Part shown: positions 18,437 through 26,238 of the stretch, in pieces
How the letters are laid out: every line of letters starts with the position of its first letter
Position numbering within the stretch: the first letter of the stretch is position 1
IMG/VR virus record: IMGVR_UViG_3300037424_000696
Location: 1-43,973 of that record
From: a virus
Taxonomy: Duplodnaviria; Caudoviricetes
Reading direction: 5' to 3' (one strand)
DNA length: 43,973 nucleotides
Notes under the pieces: model-generated
The model's database searches: none
Seen by the model: the letters and a program-made list of their open reading frames with translations, nothing else
Told to the model about the DNA's origin: nothing
Position numbers and translations under genes: made by a program

Positions 18437-18907
18437 TTACTCCCAGGAAGCGCGACCCTTGACAGGCACTTCATAGCCAATCTCGACGGGGGCTTGAGGT
18501 CGGCTCGGCTGCTGGTCGGGATGCAGCCCGAGGTCGAAGAGGGTCGCGTGGTCCTTCGGCCGGCCCCGCCAGTGCTTGAGGCCCACCACGTCTTCGAGTG
18601 CGGCCACCAGGATGCCCGCGATGCGCACGGCGCGCTCGGGGTGAAAGTAGAGCATCCGTGCGGGGGAGTAGGCATCCTCCGCGATGTAGTCCACCTTCAC
18701 GTTGTCGAGGTGGTACGTAGAACCGCCCGTGTAATCCTCGACGTATTGTGCCACGGATGGCTTGCGCCCGTCCGTGAGGAAGTCGATGTCCGGCGCCTCC
18801 ACCTCATACCCGTGAAGCTGGAGCGCTGCCGTCCCCACGAGCACGCCCTCGATGCCTTCCTCGCGCAACAGAGCCCACGCCCGCTGCATCGTTCGTACGT
18901 CAGCCAT
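18437..18907 (-). CDS. Nucleotidyltransferase-fold protein (Pol-beta superfamily, AbiEii/DUF6036-like)
   Basis: LVGTAALQLHG.....DIDF, VKVDYI, LEDVVGLK..RGRPKD; RBS GAGGAGG. Confidence 0.7.
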   Translation of the reverse strand: MADVRTMQRAWALLREEGIEGVLVGTAALQLHGYEVEAPDIDFLTDGRKPSVAQYVEDYTGGSTYHLDNVKVDYIAEDAYSPARMLYFHPERAVRIAGILVAALEDVVGLKHWRGRPKDHATLFDLGLHPDQQPSRPQAPVEIGYEVPVKGRASWE

Positions 18908-19055
18908 TATGACGCCTCCTCACCCCGACGCGACGCTGGAGGTTCGCGGCGCGGTCCCACGAGTAAACGTAGGGACGCATGACGTGACGGAGAGGCATGT
19001 ACGCGATGCGCCAACCCTGCTGGAGCGCCTCGCCCGTCACGACCATGGTCATCAT
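18900..19055 (-). CDS. Small hypothetical protein (~51 aa; not in the ORF track)
   Basis: MMTMVVTGEALQQGWRIAYMPLRHVMRPYVYSWDRAANLQRRVGVRRRHNG fills the gap, with RBS GAGG. Confidence 0.4.
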   Translation of the reverse strand: MMTMVVTGEALQQGWRIAYMPLRHVMRPYVYSWDRAANLQRRVGVRRRHNG

Positions 19056-19079
19056 TCGCCTCTGTTCACCGCGCGTCAC

Positions 19080-19466
19080 TTACGCCCGCCCGGGCGCCTG
19101 CGTGGCACCGAGCACGGTCTCCTCCAGCACGATACCCTCGGAGCGGGCGCGCTCGCGAAGGGCCCCCTCCATGGTGCTGTAGTACCGAAGCTTGAGGAAG
19201 CCCGCCTCGATGAGTTCATTGAATTCCTTGTGCGTCAGGTTCGGCGCGCGACGCTGCGTGAGAACCCCGACGAGGGTCAGGCACGTGTCGAGCCAAACCT
19301 GTGTCACGTACCCGAGGAGCTTGGTGAGCACCTCCACGCGCATATCAGGCACGTCCACGGTCCCGTTCTTGTGCAGGGCGAGCGCGAGAATCGGCTCGTC
19401 CTTTTCACCGAGAAACTGGATGCAGGCGAGGTCGCCCACCTTCTCACACCTATCGCACGCGGCCAT
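19080..19466 (-). CDS. Hypothetical protein (N-terminal CxxC)
   Basis: 128 aa; RBS GGAG; operon packing. Confidence 0.55.
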   Translation of the reverse strand: MAACDRCEKVGDLACIQFLGEKDEPILALALHKNGTVDVPDMRVEVLTKLLGYVTQVWLDTCLTLVGVLTQRRAPNLTHKEFNELIEAGFLKLRYYSTMEGALRERARSEGIVLEETVLGATQAPGRA

Positions 19467-19656
19467 AGACTCTTCCTCCCTTGCACGCCGGCTTGTGCTG
19501 GCAGTACATTTCTTCGGGTGAGCACTGACGGAAGGAGGTGGGCATCCCCGTGTCCTCCTCGGTTATCACCCCCGCGTCGCCAACCTCAGAGGGGATGCCC
19601 TCCGTGGTCAGAAGGCGACGCTCGCCCCCGCGCAGCCAGTAGTTTCCGGTGCTCAT
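19450..19656 (-). CDS. Hypothetical protein
   Basis: 68 aa from ATG 19656; C-terminal Cys cluster. Confidence 0.45.
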   Translation of the reverse strand: MSTGNYWLRGGERRLLTTEGIPSEVGDAGVITEEDTGMPTSFRQCSPEEMYCQHKPACKGGRVYGRVR

Positions 19657-19661
19657 GGCTT

Positions 19662-20111
19662 TCACTTTCTGTGTTCGGGGCAGCGCTTGTTCGGGCGGCC
19701 ACGCTTGCCCGTACCGGGGAAGCGCTTTCCGCAGGTCGTGCATCGGTGAGTCGTCGTACCGTCCCGGCCCTTCGTCGTTCCCGTCGCCATCACTAGCTCC
19801 TGTTCAGTCGGTCCTCGGGGGTCTCCCACCACGACTTCCGCCTGTGCTTGGTTGGGGGGCTGCCGCTGTTCTTCTGACGGCGCCCGTACACCCACCGGCC
19901 CTTCCGGTGTCCACCCTTCTTTCCGGCCACGTTCCACCACCTTTTCGTGTGCTGCCTGAATTACCTTGCGCGCTCGCCTCAAACGTTCCGGGTCCTCCGC
20001 GTCTGCCTTTTTCGTGAACCGCTCGCGCCGAGCTAGCTGTGCTTCCTTCTCCTCGTCTGTGAGGGGAGTTAGATTATACTCCTGCCCACCCGGCTCGTCA
20101 ATTACCTTCAA
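19662..20111 (-). CDS. Hypothetical protein with C-terminal Zn finger (CTTC...CPEH)
   Basis: TTG start overlapping the upstream TGA; RBS GGAGGA. Confidence 0.55.
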   Translation of the reverse strand: MKVIDEPGGQEYNLTPLTDEEKEAQLARRERFTKKADAEDPERLRRARKVIQAAHEKVVERGRKEGWTPEGPVGVRAPSEEQRQPPNQAQAEVVVGDPRGPTEQELVMATGTTKGRDGTTTHRCTTCGKRFPGTGKRGRPNKRCPEHRK

Positions 20112-20317
20112 AACTCCTCCTCTCGGGTCCAGGCGTCGAATTCCGCCAGGACGCGCGGGCTCACGCCCTCGACCGAGAGCGTCCGCACCGGGAGGTGCCT
20201 CGCCTCGTAGTGGGGCTCGTAGAAGATGCGCTCCATGTTCGTCGTGTACCGAGCGTCATTGGGCTCGGGCATCTTCACTGGCCGGCGCACTGCGTGCCTT
20301 CGGGGATTCTTGCGCAT
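20108..20317 (-). CDS. Hypothetical protein
   Basis: 69 aa; RBS GAGGAG. Confidence 0.5.
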   Translation of the reverse strand: MRKNPRRHAVRRPVKMPEPNDARYTTNMERIFYEPHYEARHLPVRTLSVEGVSPRVLAEFDAWTREEEF

Positions 20318-20327
20318 GACATTCTCC

Positions 20328-20549
20328 TCATCGAATTGCGACGGACCATCCGTCCTTGCCGTGGTAGCCCCGCTCGGACCACACCCGCTCGTCGCGAACG
20401 TGGCGCCGGGACCATTCCAACGCATCCTCGCCCGTCAGCATCACCAGGGCGTCGTAAAGCGGGCTCGGGTCCTCGATGAATACCGCCTGCCCAGCCATCA
20501 CGTTCACGAGGGACTCGGACACCACCTTGATTGCTTCACCGCGCGTCAT
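20328..20549 (-). CDS. Hypothetical protein
   Basis: 73 aa; RBS GAGGAGG. Confidence 0.55.
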   Translation of the reverse strand: MTRGEAIKVVSESLVNVMAGQAVFIEDPSPLYDALVMLTGEDALEWSRRHVRDERVWSERGYHGKDGWSVAIR

Positions 20550-21216
20550 GGTGCCTCCTCTCGGCGCCCAGGCCAGTGAATGTCCGCCAGTGAATGTCGT
20601 CCACGATAATCTGGTAATACTGCCCAGGGCTCCGGGGCGGGGGAACCGGCCGGTACTCGTACCCACACGCCTTGAAAAGCTTGAGCGCGTGCCGGCCCTC
20701 GACCAGACGCCACGCGGCGTGGTCGGCGTAGTAGGGAGCCCACTCTGCTGCACGCGGACCCTGCAAGAGGGCCTCGGCCGGATAAACCGGAGAGGACAGG
20801 AGGGCTCCCGCGACAGCGATTACCGCCGGCCAGTGACTCTTGAGCAGGGCGCGCGTCGCGTCCTCGGCGGCCGTCGCGGAGGTAGGATAAACCTGCATCG
20901 CGAACTTGAAAAGCTGAACGTAGTCCCCGTGGGCTCCGCACTCTTCGACGGAGCACGGACGCCGGTGGAAAAGCTCCGTCCCGACGCGCCCAGCCACGAG
21001 CACGTTGGCATAGGCGGCGTGGTGCTGGTAGGGCTGCACGATAGAGGTCACACCCCCGACACCTCCCTTGTAATCGGGGGTCATCACGACACGGTCGATG
21101 GGGATACCCGACGCGATGGCCGCGACGACGTGCGACGCCTCGTGAACCGCAATGGTCGTGGGGTCCAATTCGATGCGCTCGGGAAGCAGGGGAGGGGGCA
21201 CGCTTTCGGAATTCAT
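20536..21216 (-). CDS. Stand-alone M41/FtsH-like zinc peptidase domain protein
   Basis: AVHEASHVV (HExxH), LVAGRVGTELF (compare LAGRAAEEL), GAHGDY (compare GASND); no AAA or TM domain; RBS AAGGAG. Confidence 0.7.
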   Translation of the reverse strand: MNSESVPPPLLPERIELDPTTIAVHEASHVVAAIASGIPIDRVVMTPDYKGGVGGVTSIVQPYQHHAAYANVLVAGRVGTELFHRRPCSVEECGAHGDYVQLFKFAMQVYPTSATAAEDATRALLKSHWPAVIAVAGALLSSPVYPAEALLQGPRAAEWAPYYADHAAWRLVEGRHALKLFKACGYEYRPVPPPRSPGQYYQIIVDDIHWRTFTGLGAERRHHDAR

Positions 21217-21261
21217 TGTCTTGCTCCTTCTACTCGGGGGACTGCCTTCACCTCGGTCACT

Positions 21262-21290
21262 ATAATCTACCTTCCGCATTTTGTTGTCAA
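21262..21290 (-). promoter_or_regulatory. Sigma70-like promoter
   Basis: Minus strand TTGACA-N17-GATTAT (or N15-TAGATT) in the intergenic gap before the peptidase gene. Confidence 0.55.
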
Positions 21291-21309
21291 GCTCTGTACC
21301 CTTCTGGGA

Positions 21310-23259
21310 CTATGGCCGGCGCCATATCCAGCCGCCCGGAGTCTTGGTCTTCTCGACCTTGAGGGCGACCGATGCCCGCTGGAGCGCGCTCTCAGAATGC
21401 CCCGCTGCGTGCCCCTCTTCGAGCACGAGGCGGGCCGGGGTCGGGTCGCCTCCCGCCATCCTGAGGTCGAGCCACGCCTCGGCAGCATTCACCTTCGAGG
21501 ACGGGCGCTGCGGGCCATCCGTGAGGCGAGAGCCCGCGACGCCCGAGGTGCCCAGCCACTCGATGTAACCGACAGTGTCTTCGTAGCCCGGGATGGACTT
21601 CTCCCGAATGGCGAGACGGAGAGTGTCAGCCTTGTTCGCATTCGTCTTGATGATTCCGAGGAGGCGCACCGGGCTCCCCTCTTCCTCCTCCGGGTCGAGG
21701 TTCATGGCGAGGACTTGCCTCGTCGCCCCGACGATGCCGACGCTCCCGGCCACGCGATAGATGCCCGCGCGCTCGGTGCTCTTGGCGAAGTGGTGATTCA
21801 CGAAGGGTGAAAACTGTAGGTCCGCCCCCAGGATGGCGAAGGGGTCCGTGGCCCGGCGCACGTCCGTCATGGAATTCGAGTCGAGCCCTGGGTCGAGGAC
21901 CGAGGCGAGCGGGTCGAGCACCACGAAGACCACGCCTGGAAACTTGAGAATGAGGGCACGCAGGGCGGCCACGTCCGAGGGCAGGCGGATGTTGCGCGAG
22001 CCCACGTCGAGGACGTGAATGAGCCGGAGGTCCGCACCGGCCGCGATGAGGCGGGGCAGAGTCTTCGAGGTGGCGTGGTCCTCGGCATTCAGGTAGAGGA
22101 CGCGCGAGGGCGGTCGGGCTTTCTTCGCTCCAGGCAGCAGGAGCCCGCGCGAGAGGCGCGCAGCCACGTCCGCTATTACGAGGGACTTGCCGATGCCCGG
22201 GTCACCCACCAGCAAGCCTAGCTCACCCACCGTGATACGAGGATACCAAAGCCAGTCGGGATTCGTCATGGTGAGTTCACTCGCGAGAACGATGCGCAGG
22301 TCTGAGGGTTCGGGGGCGGGCTTCTTCTCAATATCATCCGCGAATACTTCCTGGGCCGTGGGGCGAGGGGGCTTGTAGCCCGCCTCCTGCGCGAGCCTGA
22401 TTAGCGTGCCGAGTCCGACGCCCGAGCCCGCGAAGCTCGCCCACTTCACCTCAGGCTCGCCTGGCACGTACTTCGAGCCCTTCTTGCTCCATTCCACCCA
22501 CAGTTCACGCCCGGCCGGCCCGAGGCCGGCGCGCAGGGCCATCCCGATGCGAATCCACTTGTCATATTCCACGTCGGGGTCAAGGTGCTTGAGGGCCTGA
22601 GCTATCTCCTCACGCCTCTCGGGCTCGGCAGCGGCATTTTCACCGCCAGTATCGTGCATCCCGAGGAAGTCCGCGAGTGAGGCGAGGAGGGGCGGGTTTT
22701 CCACGATGGCCCCTGACTCACCAGGGATGCGCACGCCCGTTACGGTCACGTAGCGCCGGCAGTCCCACGCCTCCACCTTCATGCCTCGAAGCTTGTCGAG
22801 GACTCGCGTATGATTCACGCCTTCGGGGAGCCGGCCTCGAATGAATATGTGGATGCCCGTGCCACTCGGGCTCACCTCGGCATATCCATTCTTATGCAGA
22901 GGACTCTGACGGAGGAGGGCCTGCACAGGCTCGGAGCCGGGCTCCCAGACAAGGTTGACTAGGCCGGTGCGCTCGTCAAGCTTCGCCACAATCACGTGGT
23001 CGAAGTCGATGGCCGTCATGCCATCTTCTTCGGTGAAGACGTAGCCCGCCCCCACGTCAGGGTCCGCGGCGTTCTCTCGCAGATACCCGACGACCTCCAC
23101 GAACGAGCCCCACGTCGAGGGCTCATTCACGCGCCCTCTACGGAGGGTGACGGGGTGGACGGGGAGCTTCTTGCGGTGCCCTACCCAATGAGGCGATACC
23201 CGAAGCTCTCTCGGGACCGCGATACCCCACTCCTCGGGTGACAGCTTACGAATCGGCAC
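21310..23259 (-). CDS. Primase-polymerase (NrS-1-like AEP) + PriCT-2 + RecA-like AAA_25 helicase
   Basis: EPSTWGSF, AIDFDH, YAEVSPSGTGIHIF; YDKWIRIGMAL...WSKKGSKY; GDPGIGKS, LNAED, VVLDPL. Confidence 0.9.
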   Translation of the reverse strand: MPIRKLSPEEWGIAVPRELRVSPHWVGHRKKLPVHPVTLRRGRVNEPSTWGSFVEVVGYLRENAADPDVGAGYVFTEEDGMTAIDFDHVIVAKLDERTGLVNLVWEPGSEPVQALLRQSPLHKNGYAEVSPSGTGIHIFIRGRLPEGVNHTRVLDKLRGMKVEAWDCRRYVTVTGVRIPGESGAIVENPPLLASLADFLGMHDTGGENAAAEPERREEIAQALKHLDPDVEYDKWIRIGMALRAGLGPAGRELWVEWSKKGSKYVPGEPEVKWASFAGSGVGLGTLIRLAQEAGYKPPRPTAQEVFADDIEKKPAPEPSDLRIVLASELTMTNPDWLWYPRITVGELGLLVGDPGIGKSLVIADVAARLSRGLLLPGAKKARPPSRVLYLNAEDHATSKTLPRLIAAGADLRLIHVLDVGSRNIRLPSDVAALRALILKFPGVVFVVLDPLASVLDPGLDSNSMTDVRRATDPFAILGADLQFSPFVNHHFAKSTERAGIYRVAGSVGIVGATRQVLAMNLDPEEEEGSPVRLLGIIKTNANKADTLRLAIREKSIPGYEDTVGYIEWLGTSGVAGSRLTDGPQRPSSKVNAAEAWLDLRMAGGDPTPARLVLEEGHAAGHSESALQRASVALKVEKTKTPGGWIWRRP

Positions 23260-23269
23260 GCAATATTCC

Positions 23270-23563
23270 TCATTTCAACGTCGGACGGTTAGGTGGGCTG
23301 CGTCCCCCGGGCCACGGACCCACTAGGGGCCACTTTGAGGCGGGGGACGCGCCCTGCCGGCGTGCCGTCCGGCATGAGCTTCTATCATACACCCTCGGGC
23401 GAGCGCTGGCAAACGGTCCGTGGCCTCGTGGACACAGGAGGTCCCGCGTGGACACTTCCCAGCGTGCCGTCCAACCCACGAGGGTAGAGTCGCGAGGCGA
23501 GAGCACGCGCACGGTCTCCCACCGGCCGGGCATCAACGGCAGTCCGCAGTCGGGGCACGTCAT
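23270..23563 (-). CDS. Hypothetical Zn-ribbon protein (CPDC...CPRGH)
   Basis: 97 aa; RBS GGGG; operon position. Confidence 0.45.
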   Translation of the reverse strand: MTCPDCGLPLMPGRWETVRVLSPRDSTLVGWTARWEVSTRDLLCPRGHGPFASARPRVYDRSSCRTARRQGASPASKWPLVGPWPGGRSPPNRPTLK

Positions 23564-23590
23564 CGTTTCCCCCGTGAGGCGAGAGCTTTC

Positions 23591-23710
23591 CTATGGCGAG
23601 CACCCGGCGCGCAGGGCCGGGCAGTGCTCGCACCTCCGGCATCCGCGAGTCCAGGCGCGGCAGATGAACAGACAGTGAAACGCCCACCGGACGAGAGTCC
23701 CCCACGTCAT
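23591..23710 (-). CDS. Cys-rich micro-protein (39 aa; not in the ORF track)
   Basis: MTWGTLVRWAFHCLFICRAWTRGCRRCEHCPALRAGCSP; ATGA-coupled to the upstream gene. Confidence 0.4.
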   Translation of the reverse strand: MTWGTLVRWAFHCLFICRAWTRGCRRCEHCPALRAGCSP

Positions 23711-24015
23711 AGGGCCCGCTCCCGCTCGCGTAGGTCTTCGGCACGCGCTTCCTCGGCATCCTCGCGCATCCCGTCTTCACAGACGGTGCAATAGCCTGAG
23801 CGAAGGGCGCTCCGTTCGTGGCAGCGCTTGCACGGAATGACATCCCGCGCATCGAGGGCTTCGAGGACGGCCGTCACGGCGTGCCCCTCGCAGGCGTCCA
23901 CGTATCCGTCTAGGAGGAGGCACCCCCACATGTAGGTGGGCTCGCCGCACCCGTTGACTTCACACTCCCCGGTGGGGATTTCTTCGCCATCGAGCCTGTA
24001 GACTGTCAGTGTCAT
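23707..24015 (-). CDS. Double Zn-finger hypothetical protein
   Basis: CEVNGC...CEGH, CKRC...CTVC; RBS AGGAGG. Confidence 0.65.
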   Translation of the reverse strand: MTLTVYRLDGEEIPTGECEVNGCGEPTYMWGCLLLDGYVDACEGHAVTAVLEALDARDVIPCKRCHERSALRSGYCTVCEDGMREDAEEARAEDLRERERAL

Positions 24016-24024
24016 TGCTTCCTC

Positions 24025-24606
24025 CTAGTCCGCGCTCCCGCGGACGTGTACCCAGACGGCAGCCTGGAAATCGCGAGGGGCCATGCCGAGCGCACGGGCG
24101 GCGCGCACGTAGGCTTCCTCGACCTTGGCATAGGAGCGCTTGTCGAGGCCCGAGCGCCCGGGCGCCCGACCGAGGGCGGCGCGAGCGGCCCAACCGTCGA
24201 CACACACCCGGTCAAGCTCTCCGAGGATGTTCGCCAGGAAGGCCCCTGTCTTCGGACCGTGAGACGCGCGAGGGCTCGCCTGCCCGCAGGCCACGGCCCA
24301 AGCCTTCCCCCGCTGACCGAGGGTCGACGCGTTCGGGCAGGGACGGCCCTCCGAGGCAGCCTGTAGGACTGAGGCGGCCCAAGAAATGTTCGTGGCCCAA
24401 CGGGCGCGGGGAGAGAGGTGCGCGATTACTGAGGCGGCGCGCTCCACGTCCCCGTCTATCGCCATGGCGTGCGCCGCCACGCGCGCCCGGTCATACCACG
24501 CGATACCGGCCGCTAGCTCGCTTGGACGGATGCGAGCATGGAGCGCCACGAGGCGGCGCGTCATGGCGGGGATGTCACTGTAAGGCGAGAGCTTGCGTCG
24601 CGTCAT
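24025..24606 (-). CDS. Conserved phage early protein (DUF7178-like, possible HhH/glycosylase-like fold)
   Basis: GIAWY..A...A, VIAHLSPRARW..N, GPKTGAF..NI, VCVDGWA, FQAAVWV. Confidence 0.65.
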   Translation of the reverse strand: MTRRKLSPYSDIPAMTRRLVALHARIRPSELAAGIAWYDRARVAAHAMAIDGDVERAASVIAHLSPRARWATNISWAASVLQAASEGRPCPNASTLGQRGKAWAVACGQASPRASHGPKTGAFLANILGELDRVCVDGWAARAALGRAPGRSGLDKRSYAKVEEAYVRAARALGMAPRDFQAAVWVHVRGSAD

Positions 24607-24779
24607 GACGGTAGCCCACACGCCCTGAAAAACCGCACCCGGTCGAAATGGCGACTGTCTTCTGCGAGCGTATCTGCTACCTCTGACACGAGGCGCCGGT
24701 ATGCCTCGGGGGACGCGAAAATCCACGCGGGGAGGTGCAAAAACGTTTTCGCAAGCGCTTCGTAATCTTTGCGGGTCAT
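24603..24779 (-). CDS. Conserved small phage early protein
   Basis: MTRKDYEALA...DSRHFDRVRFFRACG pattern recurrent in phages; ATGA coupling. Confidence 0.65.
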   Translation of the reverse strand: MTRKDYEALAKTFLHLPAWIFASPEAYRRLVSEVADTLAEDSRHFDRVRFFRACGLPS

Positions 24780-24790
24780 GACGTGTTCCC

Positions 24791-25144
24791 TCAGAGCATG
24801 AGCGATTCGCGCGTCGCGAGGTCGTAGATGGCAAGCTGGGCATTCACCCGGGCGAGCGTCAGGGCAATTTCGCGCTCCGGCTCGACCAAGGAAACGTCCA
24901 GATACCACGTCCCGTTGTCCCGCCAAGCTCCGAGGTGCGCGCCGCACGCATAGAGAGCGTCGGCATTGTCTCGGATGTAGCGAAGGAGCACGCCTGCCGT
25001 GAGGTGCTTTACCTTGCGCTCGCGCCCGGGGAATGCAGCTACCGCGTATCCATCGCGCGGCGTCCGGTGTGTGCGAACGTCATAGGTGAGCCCGCCCTGA
25101 AAATCCGCGACTAGTGCTAGCCACCTTGCCTGCCTTCGAGTCAT
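24791..25144 (-). CDS. Conserved phage early protein (first gene of the left arm)
   Basis: GGLTY...GYAVA...LGAW...G.WYLDVS...QLAIYDL; RBS GAGAGGAG. Confidence 0.7.
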   Translation of the reverse strand: MTRRQARWLALVADFQGGLTYDVRTHRTPRDGYAVAAFPGRERKVKHLTAGVLLRYIRDNADALYACGAHLGAWRDNGTWYLDVSLVEPEREIALTLARVNAQLAIYDLATRESLML

Positions 25145-25166
25145 GGCGTGTGCTCCTCTCGACTGG

Positions 25167-25195
25167 ATTATCCTCATCCGCGGGAGGGAAGGCAA
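25167..25195 (-). promoter_or_regulatory. Sigma70-like early promoter
   Basis: Minus strand TTGCCT-N17-GATAAT just upstream of the RBS of the first early gene. Confidence 0.6.
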
Positions 25196-25224
25196 GGGGG
25201 CGAGGCGTCCCTTTTGGGTGTAGG

Positions 25225-25334
25225 CAAGGCGTCAAGGCGTCAAGGAGGGGGTGCCTGGGGAAAGTGGCGCCTTGACGCCTTGCAAGCCCAGCTTGAAGAA
25301 TTCAAGGCGTCACAAGGCGTCAAGTGACGCCTTG
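25225..25334. repeat. Cluster of six CAAGGCGTCA 10-mers in direct and inverted orientation (candidate origin or operator)
   Basis: Direct copies at 25225, 25233, 25303 and 25313; inverted TGACGCCTTG at 25273 and 25325. Confidence 0.8.
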
Positions 25335-25387
25335 GTTGACGTGTATGAAATCACTAGAAGAAGTCAAGAAATCAATCTCTTCCTGGG

Positions 25388-25405
25388 TACGCGCGCGCGC
25401 GCGTA
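25388..25405. repeat. Palindromic TA(CG)7TA tract
   Basis: tacgcgcgcgcgcgcgta follows an AT-rich patch (25345-25382). Confidence 0.75.
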
Positions 25406-25466
25406 GGCAAGGGAGGAGGCGTGCGTATATCTGCCTGGAGCGTACTAAGGAGGCAAGGGTGCGCGC

Positions 25467-25495
25467 TTGAAATTCGGCCCTGTAGGGTGTAGTAT
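25467..25495 (+). promoter_or_regulatory. Sigma70-like rightward promoter
   Basis: TTGAAA-N17-TAGTAT; predicted +1 at about 25502-25503. Confidence 0.55.
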
Positions 25496-25502
25496 TGACA
25501 TC

Positions 25503-25718
25503 ATGCCATCCAAGCTATATCGGCCCGTTCGGGCCAACATCGGAACGGGAAAGCACGAACCCGAACCTACAGTGCCTTCCATCTTCGGAAAGGGCCTCTC
25601 GAAGGAGCCGCACATCCCCGTGCGCGGAAAGACCTCGAAGCCTTCTAGTACCCAATTCACAGCTAGTCACATGGCGGCTGCACTGTCTCGCCGCCTCGGC
25701 TCCAAGAGGAGTGCCTAA
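25503..25718 (+). CDS. Basic hypothetical protein (possibly leaderless)
   Basis: 71 aa from ATG 25503; ends 2 nt before the next ATG and carries its RBS. Confidence 0.5.
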   Translation: MPSKLYRPVRANIGTGKHEPEPTVPSIFGKGLSKEPHIPVRGKTSKPSSTQFTASHMAAALSRRLGSKRSA

Positions 25719-25720
25719 AA

Positions 25721-26212
25721 ATGCCGATGCTTCCTAATGGTCAAATGATGCCCTACGGGCCCCCGGGCGCGGGCGCTGGAGCGGCTTTGCCTGCTCAGCC
25801 TGGAATGATGCCTGGAATGATGCCCCCGGGGATGGCCATGCGTCCGCCTATGGCGGGAATGCCTCCGGGCGCGATGCCCGGAGGGATGCCCGGGATGCCT
25901 CCGGGCGGACCGGGTGGAATGATGCCTGGAATGATGCCCGGCGGGTCTCAGCGTCCGCCGATGCCTCCCGGTCTAGGCGCGATGCCTCCCGGCCTCGGAG
26001 GGCCTATGCCTCAGGGCGGACCGGGCGGAATGCCTCCGGGGATGCCCGGCGGAATGCCTCCGGGGCTCGGAGGGCCGATGCCCGGCGCTCCCGGTATGCC
26101 TCCGGTCATGGTGGCGCGTCCTACTCCCGTGGGTCCGGGTGCAAGCTCGTCCCTCGGGTCTCTTCCTGAGGTGCCGCGCGTCGGCGCCTTGCGTCGCCGC
26201 GCCGCAAGGTAA
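25721..26212 (+). CDS. Pro/Gly/Met-rich low-complexity protein
   Basis: 163 aa of MPPG/MPG/GGMPPG repeats; RBS GAGGAG; synonymous variation among repeats suggests selection at protein level. Confidence 0.7.
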   Translation: MPMLPNGQMMPYGPPGAGAGAALPAQPGMMPGMMPPGMAMRPPMAGMPPGAMPGGMPGMPPGGPGGMMPGMMPGGSQRPPMPPGLGAMPPGLGGPMPQGGPGGMPPGMPGGMPPGLGGPMPGAPGMPPVMVARPTPVGPGASSSLGSLPEVPRVGALRRRAAR

Positions 26213-26238
26213 CTCACAGTAACTAGGACTCAGCGCTA

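Noticed and set aside
25225-25334. Repeat cluster as a mini-CRISPR array
   Set aside because: Units are only 10 bp, overlapping or adjacent and in both orientations, with no regular spacers.
25495-25525. TTGACA at ~25495-25500 as a -35 element
   Set aside because: No convincing -10 at 16-18 nt spacing; the overlapping TTGAAA-N17-TAGTAT fits better.
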